The position numbers and the translations under genes are program-made. The notes under the pieces are model-generated. The model did no database searches, was not told the origin of the DNA, and saw only the letters and a list, made by a program, of their open reading frames with translations. DNA of 64,000 nt from Azolla caroliniana. Taxonomy: Eukaryota; Plantae; Polypodiophyta. Every line of letters starts with the position of its first letter. The stretch's first letter is position 1. Shown here piece by piece: positions 12,401-24,084 of this stretch. The stretch lies in the NCBI GenBank assembly GCA_043228905.1, contig JBHGNT010000010.1, forward strand, positions 6,634,001 to 6,698,000. The letters run 5' to 3'.

Positions 12401-15081
12401 CCAAGATGAAGATTTTAGAGCCTTCAAATGCACCATACTCTAACCGATGGTTCACCGTTCCAAAGAAAGATGGCTCTCTAAGATTCATTCAAGATCTACA
12501 ACCAGTCAACAAAGTCACATTGATTCGAAATGCAGGAATCGGGCCGATCGTTGATGAATTTGCAGAAGCTTTTGTTGGGAGAGCAATTTACTCTATGGGA
12601 GACCTATATTCAGGATACGACCAATTTCAACTAGCAATTGATAGTCGCAATATCACAACAATGAAAACACCAATTGGGTTGGTTCGAATGTGCAGTTTAC
12701 CTCAATTTGTGACAAATTCAGTTGCTCATATGATGAATGCAATGAACAAGGTTCTACATGAGTACATCCCAAAGGTAACTATGCCATTTTTAGATGATAT
12801 TCCTATTAAGGGATGATTAGAAAGAGAGAAAGATGAGACTATGGTTGGAAATGGTTGCAGAAAGTTTGTGATGGATCACATTAATGATTGTGAAAGTATT
12901 TTAAATAAGCTTGAGCAGGTACATTTGACACTATCATGAACAAAGTCAAGCTTTGGGCAGAATGAAGTTCTGATAGTTGGTCATATGTTTGGGTGGTATG
13001 GGAGGAAGCCATCACCGATCAAAATTAACGCAATACAAAATATGAAGGAGGTTTGCGAATCGGTAACAAAGGTGAGAAGATTTTTAGGTGCATGTGTGTT
13101 TTATCATATTTGGTTACCACACTTTGCACATGTATCAAATCCTCTCTATCAACTTTTAAGAAAAGGGAAGAAGTTTATATGGACTGATGAACATACACAA
13201 GTTGTTCAACAGTTAAAAGAAGCATTATTGAAAGCACCAATTCTTCGTCAACCAGACTACAAAGGTGAAAGACCAATTATAGTAACAGTTGATACTAGCC
13301 CAATTGGGATCGGTTGGGTTATCAACCAAGAAGATGAAGACCAACATCGATATGCTATCAGATTTGGAGCAAAGATATTAAATGAAAGACAAAGAAACTA
13401 TGTAGAAGTTAAACGAGAATTGTGGGGTTTGCTTACTGCATTAAAAATAGATAGAGATTACTTGATCGGAGCAGATGTAATGGTTGAAACAGATTGTCTG
13501 CCACTCATCGGAATGATAGCAAGTTGCACCACACCAGATATTGCAATGCTTCGGTGGATTGCATACATTAGAACCATGAACCCAGAATTACGGCATATAA
13601 AGGGCAAAGAGAACCCAGTCGCAAATATGCTGTCAAGAGCAAGGTTCATAAATGAAAGGGTGATGTAAGCTGAAGATAAGAATTGGGCAACTACAAGCCA
13701 TCAAGTTGCTCATCAAGTATCTATTAAGCCTCATGATGAGTTTAATATAAGTATAATGTTCAAAGATGTGGAGTATGAAGGTCAATGGTTAGAAATAGGA
13801 AATTTTCTAAAGACTCAAGAAGCCAACCCATGATGGTCAAAGAAACAATTAAATGAATTTTGAAGACGAGCATTCAAGTTTTTTTTACATGAAGGCCATT
13901 TATGGAGGCGTCCAAAAAGGCCAACCAAAAATCCTCTTCGAGTCATTTGTAAGGATAACATTAAGAGAAAATTAATTAATGAATTCCATGATAGTTTGTG
14001 GGCAAGACATAGAGGTATATGGGTGACATTTATGAAGTTGAAAGAAAAGTATTGGTGGCCACATATGTATAAAGATGTAACGAAATTTGTGGAAACCTAT
14101 GAGGTCAGCCAGAGATATTCAACTATCCGGTATCGAGATGAGTTAAAACCAACATATTCATCATCAATGCATTATAAATGGATGGTCGATCTAGCGACAA
14201 TGCTACTTGGGGAAGGTCAAATGCGATATTTAGTACTAGCAAGAGAAGACCTTACAAACCAAGTAGAAGGAAGACCACTACGACAAAAAACAACTAGAGC
14301 TATATGTAAATTTTTGTTAGAAGATGTAATATGTCGTTACGGGTGTGTTGGTAAAATAATTGCAAATAAAGGAGAACTTGACTCTAATGAAGCTAGAGAA
14401 TTCTTCAACCGAACAGGGATCAAATTATCACTTACCGCTGCGTATAATCTAGAAGCCAATGGAAAGATTGAAAAAGGACATAGCCCAATAGTTAAGGCGA
14501 TCGTGAAAAGCTGTAAAGGTAAAATAAAAGATTGGCCACGCATGCTACCTTATGCACTATAGGCGGATCGAACAACGCATAGTTCGGTAACAGGATACAT
14601 GCCAGCTGAATTGATACTTGGCCAAAAGCCCATCATGCCGATAGAAGAATCAATTATGTCATGGATATCTATTCCATAGAGAGAAGAGGTGAGCAGAGAA
14701 GAATTACTTGCTTTGCGAATTCAACAATTAGAGCGTCGACCTGAAGATATAGAATTAGTAGCCCAATGGTTGAAGGAAGCTCGACTGAAGAATAAAATTT
14801 GTTTTGATAAAACTCATACAATTCGACCTAAGAAAATAGAAGGAGATTGGGTGCTCGTGTATGATAGCAGTTTAGATCATCAACATAGCACCGTCCACAA
14901 GTTTGCTGAAAGATGGTTTGGGCCTTACATAGTGCAAAAAGTATATGATAACTTTACCTATAAACTTAGTGAATTGGATGGGACACTACTCCTAAACGTG
15001 GTACCTGGAAAGAGGATAAAAGTATTTAAGAAAAGGTTCAAGCTTGAACCTCCAATAGATCAACATGAAGATGAAAGATAG
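9470..15081 (+). pseudogene. Gypsy gag-pol, disrupted by multiple stops and frameshifts
   Basis: ORF fragments 9470-10570 (gag, CMWCDSLEHRLRDC knuckle), 11175-11402 (PR), 11554-12816 (RT), 12985-13668 (RH), 13996-15081 (IN). Confidence 0.9.
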
Positions 15082-15123
15082 TGGCACATTCCGGAGGATG
15101 TGTAGGTCTAGAGGGGGGGTGGA

Positions 15124-16213
15124 TGTCGTGAAGTACGAAAGCTTCACATTAAAAGTCTACAATAAGATAAATACGTAACTAAAATAAAATAAATCTTGAT
15201 AATATTTTATACATAAAGATAATATTAACAACACATTATGATAATATTATACATTATATGTAGAGGTAAATAGATAAATACATATGTTATATTACATGGA
15301 CAAGAGAGGATTTGAGCCAATAATCCCCACCTTATGACACTCTAACCTTACCATTTAGCCTATACTAACAATTTACAACAAATTATATGCATTGTTTTAT
15401 TTGAAGTAGTATTTTATAGTCTAAACCATGTAATACACCATATAGCAAATTACATGGGCAAATGGGGACTTGAACCAACAACCCCAACCTTAAGGACATT
15501 CATACCTTACCATTTAGCCTATACTGGTGATGTATATAAAATATTCTGTTGTAATATTGTATGGTTTAAACCATGAAATGTACCACATGTGCACCATATA
15601 GCACACATGCAAGAGCTTCTCTGCATGTGCACCACATGGCCCACATGTAGAACCATCTCTTCCCTATAAAAGGAGAAGGGAGTATAGTCACAAGGAAATC
15701 AAGGAATCAATCAATCATAGTGAATAGAATTATTGTATGGAATTGAGCGAAATTATATTGTAAGAGATATCATAATAGAGAAAGAGTGAGAGAAGGTAAA
15801 AGCTATATACAATCTTCAAAAGACAAGAGAAGAACTAACTTGGCGGCGGCGGTGCTCAACTCGCAACGAAAAGGCTTAGAGGTTCGAGTCTTATCTCATT
15901 GAAAGATAGAAGAGAATATTGTGGTGTACTATCAAGAAAGAGAAAAGCGATAGAAGCGAAGATTGTGGTCGACCTTGTGAGACAAAGTCGAAATCAACAA
16001 CACTCGCAACTATTTTGTAACTCTTTCATGAAATAATTATAAATTTCTTACATTCCCTCAATTATCATTTTACATCCTATCTTTTCATATCTTGTTGATC
16101 ACTATTTATCTATTTCTACTCTTCCGTCGAAAAATCCGAGCGATTCCTTCCTCACTTTCACATTATCTTCTATCGACGCAACGCTACGCTTCTAGGCGAG
16201 CCACACCACGACA
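15124..16213 (+). repeat. Gypsy 3' LTR
   Basis: Copy of 8305-9402, preceded by a polypurine tract. Confidence 0.95.
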
Positions 16214-17619
16214 GCGTAGTGTGAGCTTTGCTGACTCCCTTGTCCAGCCTTGTTGGTTCCGAATTTGTTCGAATCGGCACGCTTCTTCCATCACTCGCTC
16301 TCCTAGTGACCTTTCTGGCCAAAATACCTGCATTCCGTTTCGGCCTTTGATTGCTAGTTTCCGGCGGCGCCTTGACTCCCTCTACTTGTGGAGGGTTCGA
16401 AACTGCTATATGCACCACTTTTGTGCCTTCCTTTCTGGTCTTGTCAGCTGCCACTGTTGCGTGCCGATCCACTTCATCCGCCACACCCACGAGGCCGATT
16501 CGCCTCCGTGTATACCATCTGGTTGTCTGATTCAGTGGTCCTCGACCCGCTCGCGTGTTTTTCTTCGACCATCAACATCGATTGTAAGTCGAAAAAGGAC
16601 GGTGGGTTCTCCCAGTACATATTGTTGTCTAGATTGGCCCGTACCTCTACGCTATACCACCGAAGTAGACCTTCACCATCTCATCTTCATCCACCGTCAC
16701 ATTGATAGACCCAGGGCATTGTAGATCTCCTTTATCTTGGTGGTGTAATCCGTAACTGACATATCCCTTTGTTGGATATTGTTGAGCTCTTGCCGGAGCT
16801 ACAACTTACGAGCAGTGGTACTCGTGTCTTTTTGGGATTTTCCCAAGTTTCCTTCGGCATTTTCGCATCTTTGATGTAGCCAAGCATCATGTCGTGCACA
16901 CAGGAAGTGAGACAGTACAAAACTCTGCTCATTGCTTGTTCCCATACCATGAAATCCTTGTGTGTCGGCTCTGGCGCTACCTCGTTTGCTCCTTCAACAT
17001 AACTCCAGTGGTCATGCCCCAGCAGGTACTAGTGCATCTTGTAGGACCAAGATGCATAGCTGCTTCTGTCGAGCTTCTCCATCGGAAACGAGCTTGTCAT
17101 GCCTCTATCCATTTCCTCTTCTGTCTATTCTTACCGAGTATTAGGGTTTGTCTGTGTTACAGCTCTTGTCGGCAGCAAAGGATTCTCAATCCTTGCGCTT
17201 TGATACCATGTAAAAGTTAATGTGCAGAAGGTTGTAGATACAACCGGTTTTGTCGTATAGCAATAGAAAACTAAATGAAGGTTTAATGGAAAGCTTGAAA
17301 CACACACACACAAAATACGCAGGAGAGACAGAGAGAGCAAAACAATAAAACTCTATTTCAAAATACTCTATAGACTCTGTACATACAAATGTGCTTTAGA
17401 GCACTTTTTATACAAGTCCTTAAAAGGATTGACAGAAGTACTGACAAGAACTTCAATGCTCGTACTGAGTGACTAACACTAACTTCTAAAAATATGCCTG
17501 TGTACTAGGCTAGGATCATAGGCCTCTAACGGATTACCGTTTACAAACAGATCCGGACACCAATCCGGCTCTTGGTTCTGGATTACGATTCAAATCATGT
17601 TGAGCTTGTCCGCTCAACA

Positions 17620-18005
17620 AGGAGGTCTTTGAATGTCCTAACTAACTTTAGGGCTACCATTTTATTCTCATTCTCACCCATCTACATGCACCAAGAGCCA
17701 CTTTCTTCCATGTATAGTTGTTGGCATAAAAGACCGACTCCTTTCACTTTGTATCTTAGTATGAACACGTCCAAATAGTTAGGGTTTATATATAAGCTCT
17801 AGCCTAACATTGTAACGTTATCCATCTTGTATCTTGAGTCTCTGAGAGTGTAAGAGTTACAGAATAACAAGAGCTTCCGTTAGAGCTTGAAGTGTGTCTA
17901 CCTTTCCATTCTTTTCTTTTGTCATACTCTCTGTGTTGTTTGTTGTACACATAACCGACAAGTCCTCATATACTTCCGCATACGTATCAAACACCATATC
18001 CAACA
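17620..18005 (+). repeat. Probable remnant of another LTR (3' portion)
   Basis: TATATAAG box near 17788, T-rich U5-like stretch, ends ...ATATCCAACA. No partner LTR or PBS seen. Confidence 0.35.
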
Positions 18006-20538
18006 ATAGCCTTTTCACCGAATTGACACCTTATATATTTCTTACATAGTACTTATCTATTTAATTGAGACTAATTTATTTTTAAATTAGTGTAATGATT
18101 ATGTGTCTATTAATTTTTAACTAACTTGAGAAACCTTTGAGGTTTCCATAGTTTCATGAAGAGGTAACTGCTTTTATGTCAATGTATGATGTGGTCTTTG
18201 CCAATTCGGGAGTCACGAAGTTCATCAATCCCTTTGTTAACCCACTAAGAGGAAAGAAACCCCGAGGAACTTGATAACTAATCTTGGAAGTGCAACACTC
18301 CAAGGTATGAGGTGCGTTGATCCCTTTGAGAAAAGTCGATAAAGATTTAAAGTTAGGGTTCACACTATACATTAAAACAAATAGGAAACAAGCGTACACA
18401 TACATAAATTCATGGATCAATAATAAAACGTACATAAATCAGCAAGCATACACATATACAAAGTCATGCATCAACAAGCAACATGCAACCATAGACACAA
18501 AAATCAATAAGCATTGTGAGCCTTCGCATCCTCATGTTTGCCTCATGAGCATTCACCTCCTGCTAGCCTTTACCTCCAAGCTTTCTACTCATGAGCCTTC
18601 ACATCGTGAGCCTTTGCCTCGAAGCATTCACCTCATGAGCTTTGTCCTCATGATTCTTGGCCCCCAAGCGCTCATATCTAAGTGCTCTCTTCACGAGCCT
18701 TTCTGTTGTGATCGTTCCTTGGGGAAACCGAAGTGCCTCCTCCTCTTGTGCCACATCCTCCCTACTTCAAGTCCCCCGTAGTCTCACTACACACAAGCGC
18801 TCTTACGCAATAGTGCGGCAGGCAGGTCTATGAGAATCAAGAACGGGTTATTGATGATTGTATACTCGCTATGCCGAAACCCAAGATAGATTCGCCTTGG
18901 ACGTTCAGATCTCAAAACTAGCCAACCCCACAATGAGATCTCTTGCCCATTCTATAGCATTAAGAATTTCTTATTAACATGTACTTGTCCTTATATCCTT
19001 ATCGTTGCAAGGGTGCTTGGTTTGGACAAAATGTATGTTGAAGTATGCACTATTTTCATTTAATACACAATTTTTCATTATCACTTAATATGTGTTATAA
19101 GTTATCTTGTACCAGTGTTACCGTATTATTCCAATGATTGGCACTTATTATTTGAGTTATACTTGTAGTTCCAATTTTCTTCATTTGTTTTTTCTTTTGG
19201 TGTCACTTTGAACAAAATCTCGATCTATCTAAATCTTCACTTTTATGCACTTGTCTCCCGTAATATATAGCACATCACAACCAAGAGCACTTTGAGTAGC
19301 ATCTTAACTCACACACTTCCACCCTAACTCCTTTCCAACTACCTTTGTTGCATGCTTTGCACTAATTAAATAATACAAGAGAAGTCGAAGTAGGAGTTGT
19401 ATATCACGTTGTCTAGGATTAACATATATTTTCATTGAGAGTTAATAGATTGAAAATACATAAGAAGTAGAATATTATATTTACTATGATAATATAGAAT
19501 GATCAATGGATTGGAAGTCACACACAATTGCATCACTTAGGCAATTTAGATAGTGGCAAATTTACTTAAATGAGTTTTCATACCAAAAGTGGCTTTAATG
19601 ATTTCTTCTATGCAAAAGTAGCCTTACAACCCAATTAAGTTTGCCTAATCTTCTAATGAATTTGCGATTTTGCCTTGTTAGCTATTGCTCACACACCAAA
19701 CAAATAACAATTCCACTAATTGCAAAGTGGATCATGACATTATGCAATATATACTTATAATACAACAAAGATGTATGAGTGGTGACACATCCACATGGTT
19801 CTTGACTAATTTTTTAAATTTTTTATTTTGCCAAGGTCAACTATTTTGTGTACTATGCACATGTCTTCCTAGAATTTTGGTTATATATAGACACTAAGTT
19901 TTTTAGAAACAATGTTAATTAATTAGCAAAGAAAAACTCATTTGCTTGAAAATTTCATCTTCACATAGGGGTAAAAATAAACACATTGATACAATGAATC
20001 ACAAAGATGTGGTGTGGCCCAAGAAAAAAAGGAAATCAGAAATACAAATAAAAAGTGCAATGTTTTATTTTCTAAGATGTCAACCTTGTACATTGCCTCG
20101 TTATGATTTAGTATACACAAACCTTGCTTTACTAATAGCAACCAATTTATTATAATTTTGTTTCAATGAATTGGTTAAGGGGATGGAATCACGATAGCCA
20201 CAAGGATGCAAACCAACCATGCTTGCTACAAAGGACTCTATGCGTGATCGAATTCACTTACTTCTAAACATGAGTAATGTCAATATTTCTCCAGAGTTAT
20301 AATCTTCGCTTTTAAATATGATGTAAGATTATAAACGAGAACAAAAAATACGTACAAAAAATGTAGGCCTCAAGACAAAGGTTTCAAGTGCCGAGAAGAT
20401 GATGGACTTTGTAATTTGATGTCAAGTTCAAAAACATGTGATGTTTTAATGGGGTATTTAAAAAGGATATCAGAAAGGGAGAATTCACATGTTCATGATG
20501 CATCGACCATATGGTGTTGTCGACAAATTGAGGGAAGA

Positions 20539-20676
20539 CTAGCCAGTTATAGAAATGCCTTGTTGTTGTAGCTCAGAGAGGACACTTTCGAGGGGTGGAG
20601 GCTTAAGACCTAAGGGCAGGGGCATGAAAGGGTTTCGCAGGACCTCATTAATGGAAGCTGCCACTATCTCCTTGGC
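20539..20676 (-). CDS. GLK: GLK exon 6: GCT box and stop
   Basis: [45 protein letters not shown], matching the GLK C-terminal box (PLPLGLKPP). Confidence 0.93.
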   Translation of the reverse strand, partial: AKEIVAASINEVLRNPFMPLPLGLKPPPLESVLSELQQQGISITG

Positions 20677-22517
20677 CTACAATTAACAACATACATCAAG
20701 ATAACATAGTTGAGTTACATCATGTCAAACAACCCATTTTATTTTTGTATTGTAAGTCATAAACATGAAAAGGAAAAGATTTCATACCGGTTGATGCTTC
20801 TGGGGCATTATCGGCACAATTCTATTAACGTAAGTGGACATGGGAGCCAAAGGCATCCTCTGGATGTCAAAATATAAGGATTTATTAAAGCATGAAATGT
20901 AGAAAAAATGTGAATTGGAAATTGACCATCGAAAATATGTGAAGAAACACTACCAAAATTGGTTGGGGTGGGGTGTATAAGAGCGGATTCCCCCATGCAT
21001 CCATAAGGCACCCCTACAAAAAGGGTCAATTATTTGTTAGACTTACATAATATACACATATCGTGGTGTGATAATTATAAACATTATTAAATTTACTGGA
21101 GACGGGGATGGCCAGCAAGGTGGCCAAAATCGCTCCATGGTTGTTGGATGTCCCCAAACATGTAATTCTCTTAGTGGCAACATTGGTCGATGATGGCTTT
21201 GTGACTTTATATCTCCACTTTTTATTGGCCTCATTGCCATTGCACGTGTTGATATGGTTGGTAGATTGTTTGTGACAATATTGTTGGTTACTTCCATGCG
21301 TTGATGTCTCAAGATATTGGTTGTAGTCGCCACCTCGTGATTCCTTGTTAACACATGCTTCTTATGTGTCCTATACTTCTGTTCAACACAAATGATCATA
21401 ATGAATGCCATCCTTTTCGTTTCAAGTTTATCCACAAACGATTATAGTCACCAAACTTAGGCTTCTATACTTGAACCATGTGACAACGTTTATATTGATT
21501 CTAATCGAGGATTATGATGATCCAAATGCCTATTTTCATAAGATTGTAATGATTAAATTCCTAATTATAGGACAAGTATAGAAATCTGAGCAAGAACATC
21601 AATGCCTATTTTACCTGAAGATGACTTGCAACATTATGGCGAGTTAGACAATTCACACCCATGAGCTCTAAGATTCTAGAAGGTATTGCTTTATCCACAC
21701 CTAGTTGCTCGACGACATGCACAAAGCGTTCGTGGAGTTCGGGGGTCCAATCCACCTTCATGTGACTCACAAAGTCTTAGCAACATAATCCATGGGAGTG
21801 TTTTCAGCATAATGATGGAAATGAATGGGCCTACACGATGTTCATATGTGTGTACATGGGTTCAACATAGAAGCAGACATGCAGTGGAGGCAAAGGGAGT
21901 TTCTTTTGGTTTACTAGGAAAGGATAAATTTCACATGGTGGAGAATTATAAGTGAAACATTTATTGCTTAATAAGAAGGGGGTCATATCATGTAAATTTG
22001 AAAGGACTTATTTTGTTTAATGTGAAGAGAGGGGATGGAAAATTCGAGGCAAAAGTAGTTCGGGTTAATACAAAACGGTTTAGATGGAGCTATTTGTCTC
22101 AACAGGGCAGAAGTTGCACAATGAAAATTGTTTTCACATGGAGAAGGTTTAAAATGAGCTATTTGAAGGTGACTTTTTAAGGGGGGGGGGGGGGGGGGTC
22201 ACAAGGTGGAGATTCGAATGAAACCTAAATGAGGCTTAATAAGAAGGGCCAAAGTTCATATGGTGCATAAGTGAAGGAAACTATGTGAGCTTCATTAGGG
22301 CAAAGTGGGTTCACATGTCAAGCTACACATTTCAATTATTATTACATACGTCTACGACTACACATTAGGGTGAAGGAAACTACCTGATCTCTAGAACCAC
22401 TAGCACCACCACTATTCTAATGTGAAGTATAAACTACACATTTCAACACCACCACCACTACTATTACCACTAAGTTACTATTTCTACTAAGTTACTACTA
22501 CTACTACTACTAAATTG

Positions 22518-22598
<81 letters not shown>

Positions 22599-23743
22599 AG
22601 TTACTACTACTAGAAGTAATTGTGAAGTATTCCAAAATATGCTGAGTTTCTCTTTAATTCCTCGAAGGCCCTTGGCCATCCTGCATCGAGCAACAATATC
22701 TACTAGCGAGTGTGATTACATCTATCTTTTGATTGACCAAGGGCATTTCCGAGGAAAATAGCGAAAACTGAACGGAGGAGGGCATTTTAAGAAATAAAGG
22801 AGAATTTTGGAGAGGAGCAATAATTCTCTACCTTCATCTTCTTCCTCCCTTTCATGGGTCCTCTGCTGCAGCTCTGCTCAGAGTCGCTTGATTTCCCTTT
22901 TATCTCCTCAGAAAGTGTGGTTGCCTCAGCAAGAGAATCTGATGGAGCGTCCAAAACTAGCCCCAACTTCTCTGCCTTCTCCACTTCAGCCAGAAGTAGG
23001 GCTTCTTCATCCTGGAAATCCTCATCAAGATCAAGATCCAGACATAACCTCAAGCATTCATCATCAACAGTGTTGGTAGTGGAAGTAGAATTGTGATTAG
23101 AAGTAGAAGAACACAACAAGATGTGATTTTCCACATTATCATGATCCTCGTCATCATGGTTTATGTCCAAGTAGTCTTTTGAATCAAAGAAGTCGCTCAT
23201 TGTGATGGATGAGTTCTTGATCACGTGCTCAAGGTCATCCACATGTGGTTTCATGTGAAGATAAAATTGCTCACAATCATCCAAGCATGGTATATCTTGA
23301 TTCATGGGCGATGGGTCATTCTCATCTAAGCATGGATCATGTTGATCTAAGCATGGTTCCTGTCGATCCAAGCATGAGTCATGTGGATCTAAGCATATGT
23401 CATGCTCATCCAAGCATGATAGGTCATGATTTAAGCATGGAACATGTTGATCCAAGCATGAGAGATCATGAGTCAAGCATGAGAGATCAGGGTCTAAGCA
23501 GTGGTCATGTGGTAATTCCATGGTTGTAACATCTTCATCCACGCAGACTCGCAGATGTTCGAAGCCATGTGACGACATGGATGTGAATGTGTCGCCATGA
23601 TACATCGATGGTTTGGTCTCAGAGAAAATCAATTGGGGATCATCGCTTCTTCCATCATTGGGAATTGCATAAGTCGCAAGATTACATGTGTTTTCTCCGT
23701 TAATCATCGCCACATTGTAATCCAAAATGGAGAGAGGGTCCAT
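20539..23743 (-). CDS. GLK: GOLDEN2-LIKE (GLK-type GARP/Myb-like) transcription factor, 6 coding exons, about 534 aa
   Basis: Exons (minus): 22832-23743, 21615-21755, 21097-21378, 20954-21013, 20788-20859, 20539-20676. All five introns are GT-AG and phase 0, and the spliced frame is stop-free. It gives KGRKKMK|[47 protein letters not shown]|KYRTHKKH (GARP domain), [14 protein letters not shown] and the C-terminal GCT box. The start ATG at 23743 is the first in-frame Met. Confidence 0.93.
20788..20859 (-). CDS. GLK: GLK exon 5
   Basis: 24 codons [24 protein letters not shown]. Acceptor ATCCAG, donor GTATGA. Keeps phase into the GCT box. Confidence 0.72.
20954..21013 (-). CDS. GLK: GLK exon 4
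   Basis: 20 codons [20 protein letters not shown]. Acceptor TTTTGTAG, donor GTAGTG. Confidence 0.78.
21097..21378 (-). CDS. GLK: GLK exon 3
   Basis: 94 codons [10 protein letters not shown]...LHVWGHPT...PSPSP. Acceptor AACAG, donor GTAAAT. Confidence 0.9.
21615..21755 (-). CDS. GLK: GLK exon 2: GARP Myb-like DNA-binding domain
   Basis: 47 codons VDWTPELH...HNVASHLQ. Acceptor AG at 21756-21757, donor CAG|GTAAAA. Confidence 0.95.
22181..22198. repeat. Poly-G tract (18 nt) in GLK intron 1
   Basis: Seen directly. Confidence 0.95.
22493..22612. repeat. (CTA)n microsatellite in GLK intron 1
   Basis: Long, slightly interrupted CTA run. Confidence 0.95.
22832..23743 (-). CDS. GLK: GLK exon 1: acidic N-terminus with Cys/His heptad repeats, ending in basic NLS-like KGRKKMK
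   Basis: Donor AAG|GTAGAG at 22832/22831. The ORF-track tail [14 protein letters not shown] is intron read-through. Confidence 0.85.
23281..23510 (-). repeat. 21-bp coding minisatellite (about 10-11 units) in GLK exon 1
   Basis: AAGCATG recurs every 21 nt on plus. Encodes C-L-D-x-H/D-x-x heptads. Confidence 0.92.
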
Positions 23744-24069
23744 TTCTTTGTTATAAGAGGAGGAAGAAGAAGAAGAAGGGGGAAGTGCATTTCTTGTGGT
23801 CAATGCTTATACATAGAGAGGAAAGAAGAAGAAAGAAGAAGAAGGGTTGTGTGTGATGCCAAATTTGTATGATTGGTGATGAGTTTGTTTTGTACATCTG
23901 AATAATGTATGCTCATCCAAGAAGAAGAGGGAAAGAGTCTAGTCATAAAATGAGTGGATTTAGATGAAAAATAGTTTTTGTTTTTTATGATAATGGCCCT
24001 TGTTCGTGTGTCTGTGTGAGAGTGTCTGTGTCGGTACTTTTCTCATTGCATGATATCAGCCAGGGAATT

Positions 24070-24084
24070 TTTCTAGAAGTTTCT
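24070..24084. promoter_or_regulatory. Candidate heat-shock element upstream of GLK
   Basis: tTTCt-aGAAg-tTTCt: three contiguous inverted nGAAn units, about 330 bp upstream of the ATG. Confidence 0.4.

Larger units (their letters stand above)
8305..16213 (+). mobile_element. Full-length Ty3/Gypsy LTR retrotransposon (non-chromovirus) with tRNA-Trp PBS; coding region mutated
   Basis: Two ~1.09-kb LTRs (8305-9402, 15124-16213) with TGTCGTG...CACGACA ends. PBS at 9408-9425 and PPT GAGGGGGGGTGGA at 15111-15123. Domains in order gag, PR (ALIDHGSEIN), RT (DLYSGYDQ, FLDDIPIKG), RH (VDTSPIGIG), IN (HRGIW, WMVDL, WFGPY). No clean TSD seen (AGTGG vs GCGTA). Confidence 0.93.
7956..17619 (-). mobile_element. 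Ty1/Copia family A, 5' part (LTR, PBS, gag, PR), split by the Gypsy at 8305-16213 and truncated at ~7956
   Basis: 5' LTR 17209-17619. PBS read on minus ending at 17208. Gag on 16214-17110. Protease WYIVSGASNHMT and KNLVSVGQI on 7956-8304. Confidence 0.88.

Noticed and set aside
18150-18800. ORFs 18154-18435 and 18317-18781 with short internal repeats (CCTCATGAGC)
   Set aside because: Low-complexity sequence with no recognisable domain. It is probably old repeat debris.
22650-22680. Possible bHLH exon (DGQGPSRN) after a TGCAG acceptor in intron 1
   Set aside because: It hits a stop after 8 codons with no ERRRR motif. Splicing exon 1 to 21755 instead gives the canonical [15 protein letters not shown].
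22787-23803. 338-aa single-exon orphan gene as given by the ORF track
   Set aside because: It starts at TTG and reads into intron 1. It is exon 1 of the GLK gene.
23866-23876. CCAATC GLK-binding motif suggesting autoregulation
   Set aside because: A single 6-mer is expected by chance.
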